DNA from: a virus
Taxonomy: Duplodnaviria > Caudoviricetes
Direction: 5' to 3' (one strand)
Length of the DNA stretch: 25,613 nucleotides
Virus record (IMG/VR): IMGVR_UViG_3300016484_000991
Location: 1 to 25,613 of that record
Shown here: positions 8,346-17,697 of the stretch, in pieces
Numbering within the stretch: position 1 is the stretch's first letter
Layout: every line of letters starts with the position of its first letter
The notes under the pieces: generated by a model
Databases searched by the model: none
Told to the model about the DNA's origin: nothing
The model's input: only the letters and a program-made list of their open reading frames with translations
Program-made: the position numbers and the translations under genes

Positions 8346-10055
8346 ATGAATAATAAAACTTTACAAAGAATGTTAGAATTGGCCAATATCAAAAAGCCAC
8401 TAACAGAAAATAAAATAAACCCATCTTCAATTCAGTTAGTTAAAAAAGCTTCTGATAATAAAGTTTATGCTATAGTAAGAGAGAATAGTAAATATTTTAT
8501 TAAAACTACAGATAAACAACAAAATCTTACTGAATCTGATTTTGATTATCTTGGAGGTTTAGGTAATAAGCCTAAATATTCTTATAACTCTTACGAAGAT
8601 GCTACTAAAAACTTAAACCTATTCTTTGACGAATTAAATAGAGTTAATGGTGGTAGTAGATCAAATATTTTAGAATCTGACACTCATTTATTGGGTGAAA
8701 AGAAATATGTTATTAAAATGGATAAACCTAAATCTGATGTTGGTGGATTTGGTTCTCATAAAGATAATTCTGTGGAACCTTCATTTGATTTTGGTTCTGA
8801 TAAGGGAGGTTCTAAAGGGGACTCTGATCAAGAAACTGAATTTGATTTTGGTTCTGATGAAGAAGGTTCTGATGAAGAAACTGAATTTGATTTTGGTTCT
8901 GATGAAGAATCTGAGGATACTGAATTTGGTGATGAAGAATCTGAGGATTTAGATTTAGAAGATGATGAGGATTTAGATTTAGAAGATGATGAGGTTGACC
9001 CAATTAAATCTATACAGAAAATGACAGGTAAACTAGGTCAGAAATTAAGAGATACTGAAGACATTTCTTCTGATATGCAAAAATGGGTTGCTAAATCTGT
9101 TTTATCAGCTCTTGATTTGGGTGAAATGGATAATTCAGATAAAAAAGATTTAATTAGAACAATAAAATCTAAAAAACCTGAAGAAGGTGATTTTGGTTCT
9201 GAAAAAAAGGGGTTTGACTTTGGTTCTGAAGAAGAAGTTGAGGAATCTTATACGTCTTTCATGTCAGATGATTCTGATGAATTCGACGGTATGCCTGACC
9301 TTAATAATATGAACTCTGAGGATTCTTATGACTCTTATATGGAAGACGAAACATATGGAATGGAAAATGATTTCATGTATGGTCCAGAAAATTCTAGTGA
9401 TGACTGGTATAGAGAAATGAGTGATGAAGGTTTACTTAATACAGGTTCATATTCACCTAACGTAGATGAAGATAGAGGTGGTGAAAGGTATGACAGAGAT
9501 GAATTACTTTTTGATGGTTATGATTCTTATATGGAAGATGAGACTGTTACAAGAAGAAATACAAAAAACTTAGGTAACAATTTAGGATTCCCAGATTATC
9601 GTAATTCTCGTATTGACGATTTAGGTAATAATAAGTATAATTTGGGTATGAGAAATTTTGATCCTACAATGTCCCCAGCACCAGCTCCTAGCACAAAACC
9701 AGGTAGACCAGAAACGAAACCTGACACAACACCAGGTAAACCAACGGAAAGACCAGGTAGACCGTCTCAAAGACCGTTTGATCCACCTCCACATATTACA
9801 CCAGGAGAGGAACCAGGGCCTAAAGCTAGACTTAGATCACGTATGAGAAATGTTGACCCTATGATGTCACCATCTCCAGCTCCGGCACCAACAACAAAAC
9901 CAGGTAAACCAGAAACAAAACCAGGTACACCTGATAAGACACCTGGTAAGGACAGACCATCAAGAAGACCTTTTGATCCACCTCCACATATTACACCAGG
10001 AGAGGAACCAGGGCCTAAAGCTGGTTACGATGATGATGTAGAATTTGAATACTAA
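8346..10055 (+). CDS. Hypothetical low-complexity protein (acidic repeats and a duplicated Pro-rich C-terminal unit); candidate prohead core/internal protein
   Basis: 569 aa. Globular-looking N-terminus (RMLELANI...PLTE), then FDFGSD, DLDLEDDE and YDSYMEDET repeats, and two PAP...PFDPPPHITPGEEPGPKA units. Confidence 0.8.
   Translation: MNNKTLQRMLELANIKKPLTENKINPSSIQLVKKASDNKVYAIVRENSKYFIKTTDKQQNLTESDFDYLGGLGNKPKYSYNSYEDATKNLNLFFDELNRVNGGSRSNILESDTHLLGEKKYVIKMDKPKSDVGGFGSHKDNSVEPSFDFGSDKGGSKGDSDQETEFDFGSDEEGSDEETEFDFGSDEESEDTEFGDEESEDLDLEDDEDLDLEDDEVDPIKSIQKMTGKLGQKLRDTEDISSDMQKWVAKSVLSALDLGEMDNSDKKDLIRTIKSKKPEEGDFGSEKKGFDFGSEEEVEESYTSFMSDDSDEFDGMPDLNNMNSEDSYDSYMEDETYGMENDFMYGPENSSDDWYREMSDEGLLNTGSYSPNVDEDRGGERYDRDELLFDGYDSYMEDETVTRRNTKNLGNNLGFPDYRNSRIDDLGNNKYNLGMRNFDPTMSPAPAPSTKPGRPETKPDTTPGKPTERPGRPSQRPFDPPPHITPGEEPGPKARLRSRMRNVDPMMSPSPAPAPTTKPGKPETKPGTPDKTPGKDRPSRRPFDPPPHITPGEEPGPKAGYDDDVEFEY
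8783..8993 (+). repeat. Coding tandem repeats (FDFGSD x3, EDLDLEDD x2)
   Basis: tttgattttggttctgat occurs three times; gaggatttagatttagaagatgat occurs twice in tandem. Confidence 0.85.
9777..10022 (+). repeat. Exact 51-bp direct repeat (9777-9827 and 9972-10022) ending two ~60-aa Pro-rich units
   Basis: tttgatccacctccacatattacaccaggagaggaaccagggcctaaagct is present twice. Confidence 0.9.
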
Positions 10056-10067
10056 ATTCATTAAAAG

Positions 10068-10103
10068 ATAAAAAAAGACATGACAATAGTTGTGTCTTTT
10101 TTA
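10068..10103 (+). terminator. Intrinsic terminator
   Basis: AAGACATGAC-AATA-GTTGTGTCTT stem (two G-U pairs) followed by a T tract. Confidence 0.75.
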
Positions 10104-10133
10104 TTTTTATTACATTCTATAATATTTATTAGT

Positions 10134-10550
10134 ATGGAAGAAATGTATTTAATTTATATCAATCGTATTGGTACAACCTTTAAGGGTGAAAATGTTTTTG
10201 AATTCCTATTTTCAAACTCTATTGATTGGGAATGGGATGAGTCTTGGTATGAGTCATCTGTTGTTACAGAAACAAGAGATTTATCACCAGATGAAAGTAT
10301 AATTAAATTAGTTGGGACCTTAAAAACTGATGAATTTGATTTAGAGTTGATACAAGAAGATGGTGTAAGAAACATTAATGATGCTGTTGAGGGTATTATA
10401 GCTTTAGGTTGGGAAAAATACCAAGAAGGTGAAGATTTTCCAGATAAAAGAAGAGTTTTTAAATTTGGTGATACTAAACAAGAGGTTGATGACGAATTGT
10501 ATGAGTATGATATAATTTTAAAATATAAAGAAAATAAAATTAAAGCATAA
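10134..10550 (+). CDS. Hypothetical protein
   Basis: Start reassigned to ATG 10134 (MEEMYLIYIN), after the terminator and ATATTTAT (10122-10129). Coupled to the next gene via TAATG. Confidence 0.75.
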   Translation: MEEMYLIYINRIGTTFKGENVFEFLFSNSIDWEWDESWYESSVVTETRDLSPDESIIKLVGTLKTDEFDLELIQEDGVRNINDAVEGIIALGWEKYQEGEDFPDKRRVFKFGDTKQEVDDELYEYDIILKYKENKIKA

Positions 10551-12481
10551 TGAAAAAAAACAATAAAAGATTCTTTCTAAGTGAGGAGGATATGGATGCC
10601 AAAAAACAAATGGAGGAGTTAATCAAATCAGCTGAAGAGGATTTGGAACAAGATAGAATCAGTCTTGAGAATTTTAAGAAAAGTATTGAAAATGATGAAA
10701 ACAATATAAGACTTAAAAAACAAGAAATTGTTGCTAATAATAAAATGAAAAGTATGGGGGCTAAAGCTGAACCAAATTCAGATGCTAAAATAAAATCCCT
10801 TACATTAACGAAGGACATACCAGTCCTTAATAATCAAGTCCAAGCACTTGAAAAGGAGTTACAAGAAAAAAGAAAAATGGTTGGAGAAAAAGAAGAGATG
10901 TTAAAAGCTAAAGAAGAAAGGTTAAATAATTTAAAAAAACCAGAATCTTTGAAGCAAGAGGAACCTGCACAAGGTATCGCTAATGAAAACAGAGTAATTA
11001 AAGTTAAAGACTTTTTAAATTTAAATGAATCTAAAGTTAGTAATAAATTAAATTTGTCTGAATCAGATATTCTTCGTATACTTGCGGAGACTCAAAACCC
11101 AGTGATGACTAAATCTGAACTAATTGAGTCTATTAGTAATAAAATATTAAACGAAGCACGTATGAATGATGATGTAAGAGAGAAATTTGAGTCGGGTGAT
11201 AATGATTATTCTGGTATTTTAGATCCAGAAGTAGTAAAGAACTTAGCTGATGAAGCCTTTGCTGAGGTTTCTAGAAACATCCAACAAAAAACTGGTAAAC
11301 AAAACGTAACAATCCAAGATGTACAACAATTAATGAGTAACTCTTTGATGTCTGCGGCTAAAAAAGAATTTGTCTACGGTACTGACCGTTTGGAACAAAA
11401 AGCTATTGAGATGATACGTAAAAAATATCATATTCCTGAAGGGGCTGTAGAATTTGAAGCTACTATTACTGGTGTACCGGCAGAAATGCTTATTGGTCGT
11501 AGTGTTTCGCCACAAGAAGCTCAACAATTATCTAGACAATTAGGTGTTAAAATTGGTAAAGTTAACTCTGAGGGGATTAAGAAAGAAAGAGGTAATAAAG
11601 AAGTACCTCAAGGTAAAACTAGTGAAGAATTAAAACCGAAAATTAAAAGACGTAGGTTGACAAACGCTATGGCACACGGTTCAGCTAGAAAATCACAGAA
11701 TCTTCATCACATGGATGATGAATTAAGAACTAATGATGCTACATTAAATACTGATTATGCTAATCTTATGGCCGCTAATGACGCTTCTTACTTTTTATTA
11801 GACGATAGTACAATTAAAAGTCAAGGTGAAACTGGTATTCACGCTGGTAATTCTAGAGTACAGTTATCTAGAGAAAAGGGTGGTAGACCTAAAGTTATCG
11901 CACAAGGTATGGTTTTCCCAATACTTTTACATGAATTAAGTAAAGGTGTATTAGAACTAATGTCATTATGGTCTTTACCTGTAGATGCTCAAGAAAGACA
12001 ATATGTTTTAGATAAAACAGATAATTTAGAATCTGAAACTAACGACATTAGATTGGGTGCTAAACTTTGGGAGAAATTTGTTAATGAGATTCCTGTAGAA
12101 AATCAAGAAGTTATTTCACTTACATGGAATTACTTACAAAAATTATCTGATAGTGAATTTAATAGTATCATAGATGGTTTATTAGCTAACAGTACTGACG
12201 CTAGAAATAAAGTTAGAAGAATGGCTGAAGACGCTATCGAAGAGTTAGAAACTGAGGCTTATGAAGACGCTATCGGTAGTAGTGATGATGAATACGAGGA
12301 TGAGAATCCACCAGTTGAAACACCTGAAGTACCTGAAACTCCAGAAGTACCTGAAACTCCAGAAGATGTGGCTTTAGAGGATATGTCAGATGAAGAGTTA
12401 AGGTCTTTAATGATGTCAGCTATTGATGATGAGGATTATGAATACGCCTCACAAATTAGAGATATTTTAAAAAATAGATAA
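10550..12481 (+). CDS. Hypothetical protein: N-terminal coiled coil, conserved-looking core (FPILLHELSKG), C-terminal UVR-like motif
   Basis: 643 aa. A PETPEV linker repeat precedes ELRSLMMSAIDDEDYEYASQIRD, which resembles the UvrB/UvrC (UVR) motif. Confidence 0.8.
   Translation: MKKNNKRFFLSEEDMDAKKQMEELIKSAEEDLEQDRISLENFKKSIENDENNIRLKKQEIVANNKMKSMGAKAEPNSDAKIKSLTLTKDIPVLNNQVQALEKELQEKRKMVGEKEEMLKAKEERLNNLKKPESLKQEEPAQGIANENRVIKVKDFLNLNESKVSNKLNLSESDILRILAETQNPVMTKSELIESISNKILNEARMNDDVREKFESGDNDYSGILDPEVVKNLADEAFAEVSRNIQQKTGKQNVTIQDVQQLMSNSLMSAAKKEFVYGTDRLEQKAIEMIRKKYHIPEGAVEFEATITGVPAEMLIGRSVSPQEAQQLSRQLGVKIGKVNSEGIKKERGNKEVPQGKTSEELKPKIKRRRLTNAMAHGSARKSQNLHHMDDELRTNDATLNTDYANLMAANDASYFLLDDSTIKSQGETGIHAGNSRVQLSREKGGRPKVIAQGMVFPILLHELSKGVLELMSLWSLPVDAQERQYVLDKTDNLESETNDIRLGAKLWEKFVNEIPVENQEVISLTWNYLQKLSDSEFNSIIDGLLANSTDARNKVRRMAEDAIEELETEAYEDAIGSSDDEYEDENPPVETPEVPETPEVPETPEDVALEDMSDEELRSLMMSAIDDEDYEYASQIRDILKNR
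12317..12365 (+). repeat. Coding 18-bp tandem repeat (ETPEVP)
   Basis: gaaacacctgaagtacct / gaaactccagaagtacct / gaaactccagaag. Confidence 0.8.
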
Positions 12482-12485
12482 CATT

Positions 12486-12513
12486 AAAAACCACCCAAAA
12501 GGGTGGTTTTTTT
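12486..12513 (+). terminator. Intrinsic terminator upstream of the terminase
   Basis: AAAAACCACCC-AAAA-GGGTGGTTTTTTT. Confidence 0.85.
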
Positions 12514-12553
12514 ATTCCTAGTCTCTTTGGTGATATTTATTATTAAAAAAGAG

Positions 12554-14347
12554 ATGACAAAAGCTCAAATGTTATATGAGATAGGTAAGTGTATGAACGA
12601 CCCTATCTATGCTATAGAATCTTATCTTACAACAGAGGATAGGACTCAAGGAGGGTTTGTACCCTTCAATTTATTCCCAAGACAAAAGGAGTTAATAGTT
12701 GGATATAAAAAGTACCAACACAACATAGTCATGAAACCAAGACAGGCTGGTATATCTACAACTACGGCAGCCTTTTTAGCGGTTCTAACCGCTTTAGCCT
12801 CAAATAAAAGTACCCAAAAAATACTAATTGCGGCGAATAAACAAGAAACGGCTAAAGAATTTTTAAAGAAAATTAAAGATTTTACAATGCAACTACCAGA
12901 CTGGATGGATGTATTTAGACCACCAGGTTCTGATAGTTGGTTTAACCCAGAAAAAAACTCAAGTTCACATTATAAATTATGGAATGGTTCTGAAGTGAAA
13001 GCTGTTGCATCATCAAAGGATGCTTTAAGGGGTTACACACCTTCAGTAATTGTGGTGGATGAGGCAGCCTTCATTGAGGGTAACAGGGGTGAAGAGTTTT
13101 ACACTGCAGCACAACCATCTTTATCAACAGGTGGTAAATCAATATTGATTAGTACTCCTAACGGACACGACCCGTTATACTATGTAGCCTATAAAAATGC
13201 TAAAACAGGTAGAAATAATTTTAACATAGTTGAAATGAGGTGGTACGAAGATCCACGATACAATAAAGGTATGAAATGGTTATTGAAGGACCCTATGACC
13301 GATGATTTATTAGAAGAAAAGGAAGAATGGGATTCTGAAAAATGGCCTATAATGGTTAAAGAAGGTTGGACACCAACATCCAGTTGGTTTGAGGACATGT
13401 GTGCTCAACTTAACCACAATACTAGGTCTATTGCTCAAGAGTTATTATGTGACTTCCAGGGTTCTGGTGACCAAGTTATTGATGATAAATATATCAAGTA
13501 TCAGGAGACACACAATGTTAGAGAACCAATCCGTAAAGAATGGATAGATGGTAACATGTGGATATGGGAAGACCCTATAGATGGTCATAAATATATTATG
13601 GCTATTGATGCAGCAAGTGGTTCTGCGGATGACTTTGGTTCTATATGGGTATTAGATTTTGATACTGGTCATCAAGTGGCAGAGTACCACGGAAAAGTAT
13701 CACCAGATATATTAGGTGAGATTGGTCATTATTACGCTGAATCTTATAGTGCGTATATAGTAGTGGACGTTACTGGGGGATATGGTGTTTCAACAGTATT
13801 AAAAATATTGGAATTAGGTTACCCTATTAAAAAAATGTACTATGATACACCTATCGGTGTTGATATGTTAGAAAATAACAAACAATTACAAAAGTATCAA
13901 AGTAACGGTAAAATGCCTGGTTTAAATTTCCAAAAAAATAGAAATACTATTATAATGGAAGGTGAGAAAGCTATTCGTATGGATGGTATTAAGATTAGGT
14001 CTATTAGAACTTTAGCTGAATTACCGACATTTGTATATTTAAATAATCGACCAGACCACACAAAAGGTTCACATGATGACTTACTAATGGGGTTATTTAT
14101 GGCCAATTTTGTTGGTATGACTTCTTTTAAAGATTTAGAAAAATCTAAAGGGCATGCTAAAGCTATGGTAAATAGTTGGGCCGTAACTACCAGTACACCT
14201 AGTGAAATATCTGAATTAAATGAGGTAACTAATTTAGGTTTTTATACTGACCCTAAATCACAAGTAAATTCCCAACAAACACTTCAACAAACACAAGAAT
14301 ATGCTTGGATGTTTAGTGGTATGCCTGGGTTTAAGAAAAAAAGATAA
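12554..14347 (+). CDS. terL: Terminase large subunit (T4 gp17-like)
   Basis: Q-motif LFPRQ, Walker A KPRQAGISTT, Walker B VIVVDEAAF, coupling motif ISTPNG, RNase H-like nuclease AIDAASG...HDDLLM. Start reassigned to ATG 12554. Confidence 0.95.
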   Translation: MTKAQMLYEIGKCMNDPIYAIESYLTTEDRTQGGFVPFNLFPRQKELIVGYKKYQHNIVMKPRQAGISTTTAAFLAVLTALASNKSTQKILIAANKQETAKEFLKKIKDFTMQLPDWMDVFRPPGSDSWFNPEKNSSSHYKLWNGSEVKAVASSKDALRGYTPSVIVVDEAAFIEGNRGEEFYTAAQPSLSTGGKSILISTPNGHDPLYYVAYKNAKTGRNNFNIVEMRWYEDPRYNKGMKWLLKDPMTDDLLEEKEEWDSEKWPIMVKEGWTPTSSWFEDMCAQLNHNTRSIAQELLCDFQGSGDQVIDDKYIKYQETHNVREPIRKEWIDGNMWIWEDPIDGHKYIMAIDAASGSADDFGSIWVLDFDTGHQVAEYHGKVSPDILGEIGHYYAESYSAYIVVDVTGGYGVSTVLKILELGYPIKKMYYDTPIGVDMLENNKQLQKYQSNGKMPGLNFQKNRNTIIMEGEKAIRMDGIKIRSIRTLAELPTFVYLNNRPDHTKGSHDDLLMGLFMANFVGMTSFKDLEKSKGHAKAMVNSWAVTTSTPSEISELNEVTNLGFYTDPKSQVNSQQTLQQTQEYAWMFSGMPGFKKKR

Positions 14348-14437
14348 CATATAAATAAACATTCACATTAATAGTTAATCAATTACATTTAATTTGAATA
14401 TTTATAATAAATAATAATATAATTGAACATTTTTTAA

Positions 14438-16306
14438 ATGGCAGAAAAAGATAATTTAACAGTATATCAGAAACTATTTTACATGTTTGGACAAGGTGGG
14501 GGTATTAAATCCAACCCTGAAAGAAATCCTAAATATAGTTTAACAGATAAAGACTTAGTTGTAACAAATTCTAGAGAGGATTTTGAAAAACAAAAACTTC
14601 AGTTACAACAACAAAAATACATGCAATCACAATGGCAACGAGTTGATAACGAACTTTATCAAAGAGCTATTTTTTATGAAACCACTAGAATGGCGTCTTA
14701 TATGGATTATGAGGCGATGGAATTTACTCCAGAAATTTCTGTAGCTTTAGATATTATGGCTGAGGAAAGTTGTACATTAAGTGAACAAGGTAAAATTTTA
14801 ACAGTATATTCTGATTCTTCTAGAATTAAAAAAGTATTAGAGGATTTATTCTATAATGTTGTGGATATCCATTCTAACTTACCGATGTGGACTCGTAACA
14901 CCTGTAAATATGGTGATAATTTTGTTTACCTTAAACTAGACTATAAATACGGTATTGTTGGAGCATCTCAATTAACAAATATTGAGATAGAAAGAAAGGA
15001 AAGTAATATATTCCCATATAAAGGAATGGATGACGAAGAAGAGGCTAAGAAAAAAGAAGTTAAATTCGTTTGGAAAGATAAAAACCTAGATTTTAACGCT
15101 TGGGAAATCGCTCATTTTAGATTATTAGGTGATGATAGAAAGCTACCTTATGGTACTTCTGTATTAGAGAAGATTAGACGTATCTGGAAACAACTTCTTT
15201 TAGCTGAAGATGCGATGTTAGTATATCGTGTAACTAGAGCCCCAGAAAGAAGGGTATTTAAAGTGTATGTTGGTAACATCGATGATGAGGATGTGGAAGC
15301 ATACGTACAAAAAGTAGCTAATAAATTTAAAAGAACACAAACTGCTAGTCAACAATCTGGTCAATTAGATGTTAGATATAATACTTTAGCGGTTGACCAG
15401 GATTATTTCGTACCAGTTAGAGATAATAACGCTAGTAGTCCGATAGAGACATTGGCGGGAGCATCTAACTTAGACCAAATCGCTGACATCCAATTTATTC
15501 AAAGAAAATTAGTTACAGCACTTAGAATTCCTAAACCAATATTAGGATTTGATGAGGCTGTTGGTGATGGTAAGAATTTGGCTTTATTAGACATTAGGTT
15601 TGCTAGAACAATAAATAGAATCCAACAATCAATGGTACAAGAATTAAATAAAATGGCGATAATCCATTTATATATTCTAGGATTCCATGATGAATTAGGT
15701 AATTTTAAATTATCTCTAAACAATCCATCTACACAAGGTGAAGTTCTTAAAGTTGAACAGTGGAAAGAAAAAGTAATGTTATATAAAGACCTTGTTAGTT
15801 CTATTGATGGTGGTTTATCACCTACGTCACATACTTGGGCTAAGAAAAACATATTTAACTGGTCTGAAGACGAAATTAAATTAGACTTAGAACAACAAAG
15901 ATTAGAGAGAGCAGCATCTAAAGAATTAGAAAACACTTCTGAAGTTATTAAGAAAACAGGATTCTTCGATAAAATAGATAAATTATATGGTGAAATTGTA
16001 ACTACTAAAGAAACTGATACTACTGGTGGAGAAGAAACTGGTGGAGAAGAAACTGGTGGTTTCGGAGGTGACGTTGGTGGTTTCGGAGGTAATGCTGGAG
16101 GATTCGGTGGTGATACTGGAGGATTCGGTGGTGAAGAAATTGGTGGTGGTGAAGAACCTGCTGGAGAAGAAACTGCAGGGTTCGGAGAAAACTTTAGAGG
16201 TGATGAAAATGTCATAGATAAATTACTATTAGAAGGTCGTAAAAAAAATGAAGATATCTTGTCAATGACAAAAGGTATCGACGATTTACTTAAGGAAAAT
16301 AACTAG
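14438..16306 (+). CDS. Portal protein (T4 gp20-like)
   Basis: LLAEDAMLVYRVTRAPERRVFKVYVGN, DYFVPVR, IETLAGASNL and DIRFARTINRIQ motifs; follows terL. Confidence 0.95.
   Translation: MAEKDNLTVYQKLFYMFGQGGGIKSNPERNPKYSLTDKDLVVTNSREDFEKQKLQLQQQKYMQSQWQRVDNELYQRAIFYETTRMASYMDYEAMEFTPEISVALDIMAEESCTLSEQGKILTVYSDSSRIKKVLEDLFYNVVDIHSNLPMWTRNTCKYGDNFVYLKLDYKYGIVGASQLTNIEIERKESNIFPYKGMDDEEEAKKKEVKFVWKDKNLDFNAWEIAHFRLLGDDRKLPYGTSVLEKIRRIWKQLLLAEDAMLVYRVTRAPERRVFKVYVGNIDDEDVEAYVQKVANKFKRTQTASQQSGQLDVRYNTLAVDQDYFVPVRDNNASSPIETLAGASNLDQIADIQFIQRKLVTALRIPKPILGFDEAVGDGKNLALLDIRFARTINRIQQSMVQELNKMAIIHLYILGFHDELGNFKLSLNNPSTQGEVLKVEQWKEKVMLYKDLVSSIDGGLSPTSHTWAKKNIFNWSEDEIKLDLEQQRLERAASKELENTSEVIKKTGFFDKIDKLYGEIVTTKETDTTGGEETGGEETGGFGGDVGGFGGNAGGFGGDTGGFGGEEIGGGEEPAGEETAGFGENFRGDENVIDKLLLEGRKKNEDILSMTKGIDDLLKENN
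16021..16188 (+). repeat. Gly/Glu-rich coding repeats in the portal C-terminus (GGEET, GGFGGD)
   Basis: actggtggagaagaa occurs twice, followed by four GGFGG units. Confidence 0.75.
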
Positions 16307-16365
16307 GATTATAATAATTTTGATTTCTTATTATAAAACAGCATATTTATACTAAAACTAGTATT

Positions 16366-17160
16366 ATGAATTTTGGTACATTAAAAGATATATTTGTTCA
16401 GGAATTAATAGAATCTTATGTTTCTGGCAATAATAAAGGTAAGTATTTATACAAAAACTTTTTAAAAATACTTAAAGAGAATGAAACTCTTAAAACAGCC
16501 TTTATTGTTTATAAAAACATAGAAGATAAAACGATAAAAAGTGAAACTTCGGCTAACGAATACTTAAAAGAATCTATTTCTTTATTAGAAAACTTTAGAG
16601 GTGATAAATCATTATCTGTCCAGTCTAAAAAACTAGTAAATTTACTTAAAGAAAACGGTATTAATGTAAACGACTTTAAAACAAAAGAATTACATGAGTC
16701 TATACAAAACCTAATAACCAAAAAGAAGAGTATATCTACAATTGATAGTTTACATGAATCTAGGTCTAATGTAATTTCTTGGTTGATGTCGGATAAAGAA
16801 CAAATATCTGAATCTAAAGATCAAACTTATGTTAAGGAAAATATTGACCTTAAAAAATTCTTAGAGATAGCTGTAAGTAAATTTAATGAGAAATATGGTG
16901 ATTCTTTAAATGAAGAAGAAAAAAATATTTTAAAGGTTTTACGTGAGAATGATAAAGAATCTTTAAAGGATTTAGTAGAATCATTAATTAATGAAAATAT
17001 TGAATTAATTAATGAAAATCTAGAAAACTATTATGAAAATATTAGTGTTAAGGAAAAATTACTAAACGCTAAAGATGTTATATATAGAATGAGAGAAAAC
17101 GATGATAGTTTCAGTGAGAAAATATTGAAACTATATGATTTGAAAAACGATTTAAAATGA
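16366..17160 (+). CDS. Hypothetical helical protein downstream of the portal (candidate prohead core protein)
   Basis: 264 aa, ATATTTAT at 16343-16350, many L/I-x-E tripeptides. Confidence 0.75.
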   Translation: MNFGTLKDIFVQELIESYVSGNNKGKYLYKNFLKILKENETLKTAFIVYKNIEDKTIKSETSANEYLKESISLLENFRGDKSLSVQSKKLVNLLKENGINVNDFKTKELHESIQNLITKKKSISTIDSLHESRSNVISWLMSDKEQISESKDQTYVKENIDLKKFLEIAVSKFNEKYGDSLNEEEKNILKVLRENDKESLKDLVESLINENIELINENLENYYENISVKEKLLNAKDVIYRMRENDDSFSEKILKLYDLKNDLK

Positions 17161-17687
17161 TCAACAAATTTTTTAACTATATCGTAGTTAATTTTGGGTT
17201 TGATTGTAAGGAAGATTTTTCTAATTCAATTATACATAATAACCTTTTAGCTATTACACTACCATTGGCCACTATTTCATCTGTAGTCGAATCAATATTA
17301 GGACTACATTCATTTACACTAGTCGCTTTTTTAAGTCTAATAATATTAGAACTTATTACAGGACTTGTTGCGTCTAAGGTAAATAATATTAAGATTGAAT
17401 CGCATAAATTTAGTCGTTTCGGTCTTAAGATACTAGTTTGGTTAACTTTGATTTATATATCAAATACGTTAATAAAAGAATATGACCATGAAGGTGGTAT
17501 ACTTAATAGTTTGGCCACCAATTTATTTACGTGGTTACATGGTGCTTTATTTATATACATAACATTAGAATATTTTATCTCAGTATTAGAAAATCTAGGT
17601 GTTATTACTGGTAAAAGTAATAAAACTTTAATAAGTGGTATTAAAGATAAATTATATGGTTTCCTTAAGAATGACAAAAATTCATAA
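17157..17687 (+). CDS. Phage holin family (holin_4-like) membrane protein
   Basis: About four hydrophobic segments; ELITGLVAS...IESHKFSRFGLK...EYFISVLENLG pattern; ATGA overlap with the upstream gene. Confidence 0.7.
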   Translation: MINKFFNYIVVNFGFDCKEDFSNSIIHNNLLAITLPLATISSVVESILGLHSFTLVAFLSLIILELITGLVASKVNNIKIESHKFSRFGLKILVWLTLIYISNTLIKEYDHEGGILNSLATNLFTWLHGALFIYITLEYFISVLENLGVITGKSNKTLISGIKDKLYGFLKNDKNS

Positions 17688-17697
17688 AAAATTTATT

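Noticed and set aside
8783-8993. Short repeats as a possible CRISPR array
   Set aside because: They are in-frame coding repeats with irregular spacing and no unique spacers, and there are no cas genes.
8695-9846. Alternative-frame ORFs 8695, 8812 and 9658
   Set aside because: By-products of coding repeats in the 8346-10055 gene.
9777-10022. 51-bp direct repeat as a DGR template/variable repeat or att site
   Set aside because: The copies are identical with no adenine-specific differences, and there is no reverse transcriptase or integrase in the window.
10080-12553. ORF-track starts at 10080 and 12503 (also 1633, 6254, 6775, 17635 and 23092)
   Set aside because: The extensions run through terminators, promoter motifs or neighbouring genes, so downstream ATGs are preferred.
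14350-14357. Canonical T4 late promoter TATAAATA (also at 6783 and 19652)
   Set aside because: Only sporadic; the consistently positioned sense-strand motif is ATATTTAT.
15499-16217. 238-aa Pro/Ser-rich minus-strand ORF and the 16026 ORF
   Set aside because: Mirror or alternative frame of the Gly-rich portal tail.
16304-16306. Stop-codon recoding (TAG read-through as in some huge phages)
   Set aside because: Conserved genes are uninterrupted in code 11, and TAG and TGA occur at plausible gene ends.
12554-16306. Introns or inteins in terL or the portal gene
   Set aside because: Both ORFs are continuous and of normal length, with no intein motifs seen.
16309-16336. TTATAATAA/TTATTATAA inverted repeat after the portal gene
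   Set aside because: An all-A/T stem with a 10-nt loop, likely to occur by chance at this composition.
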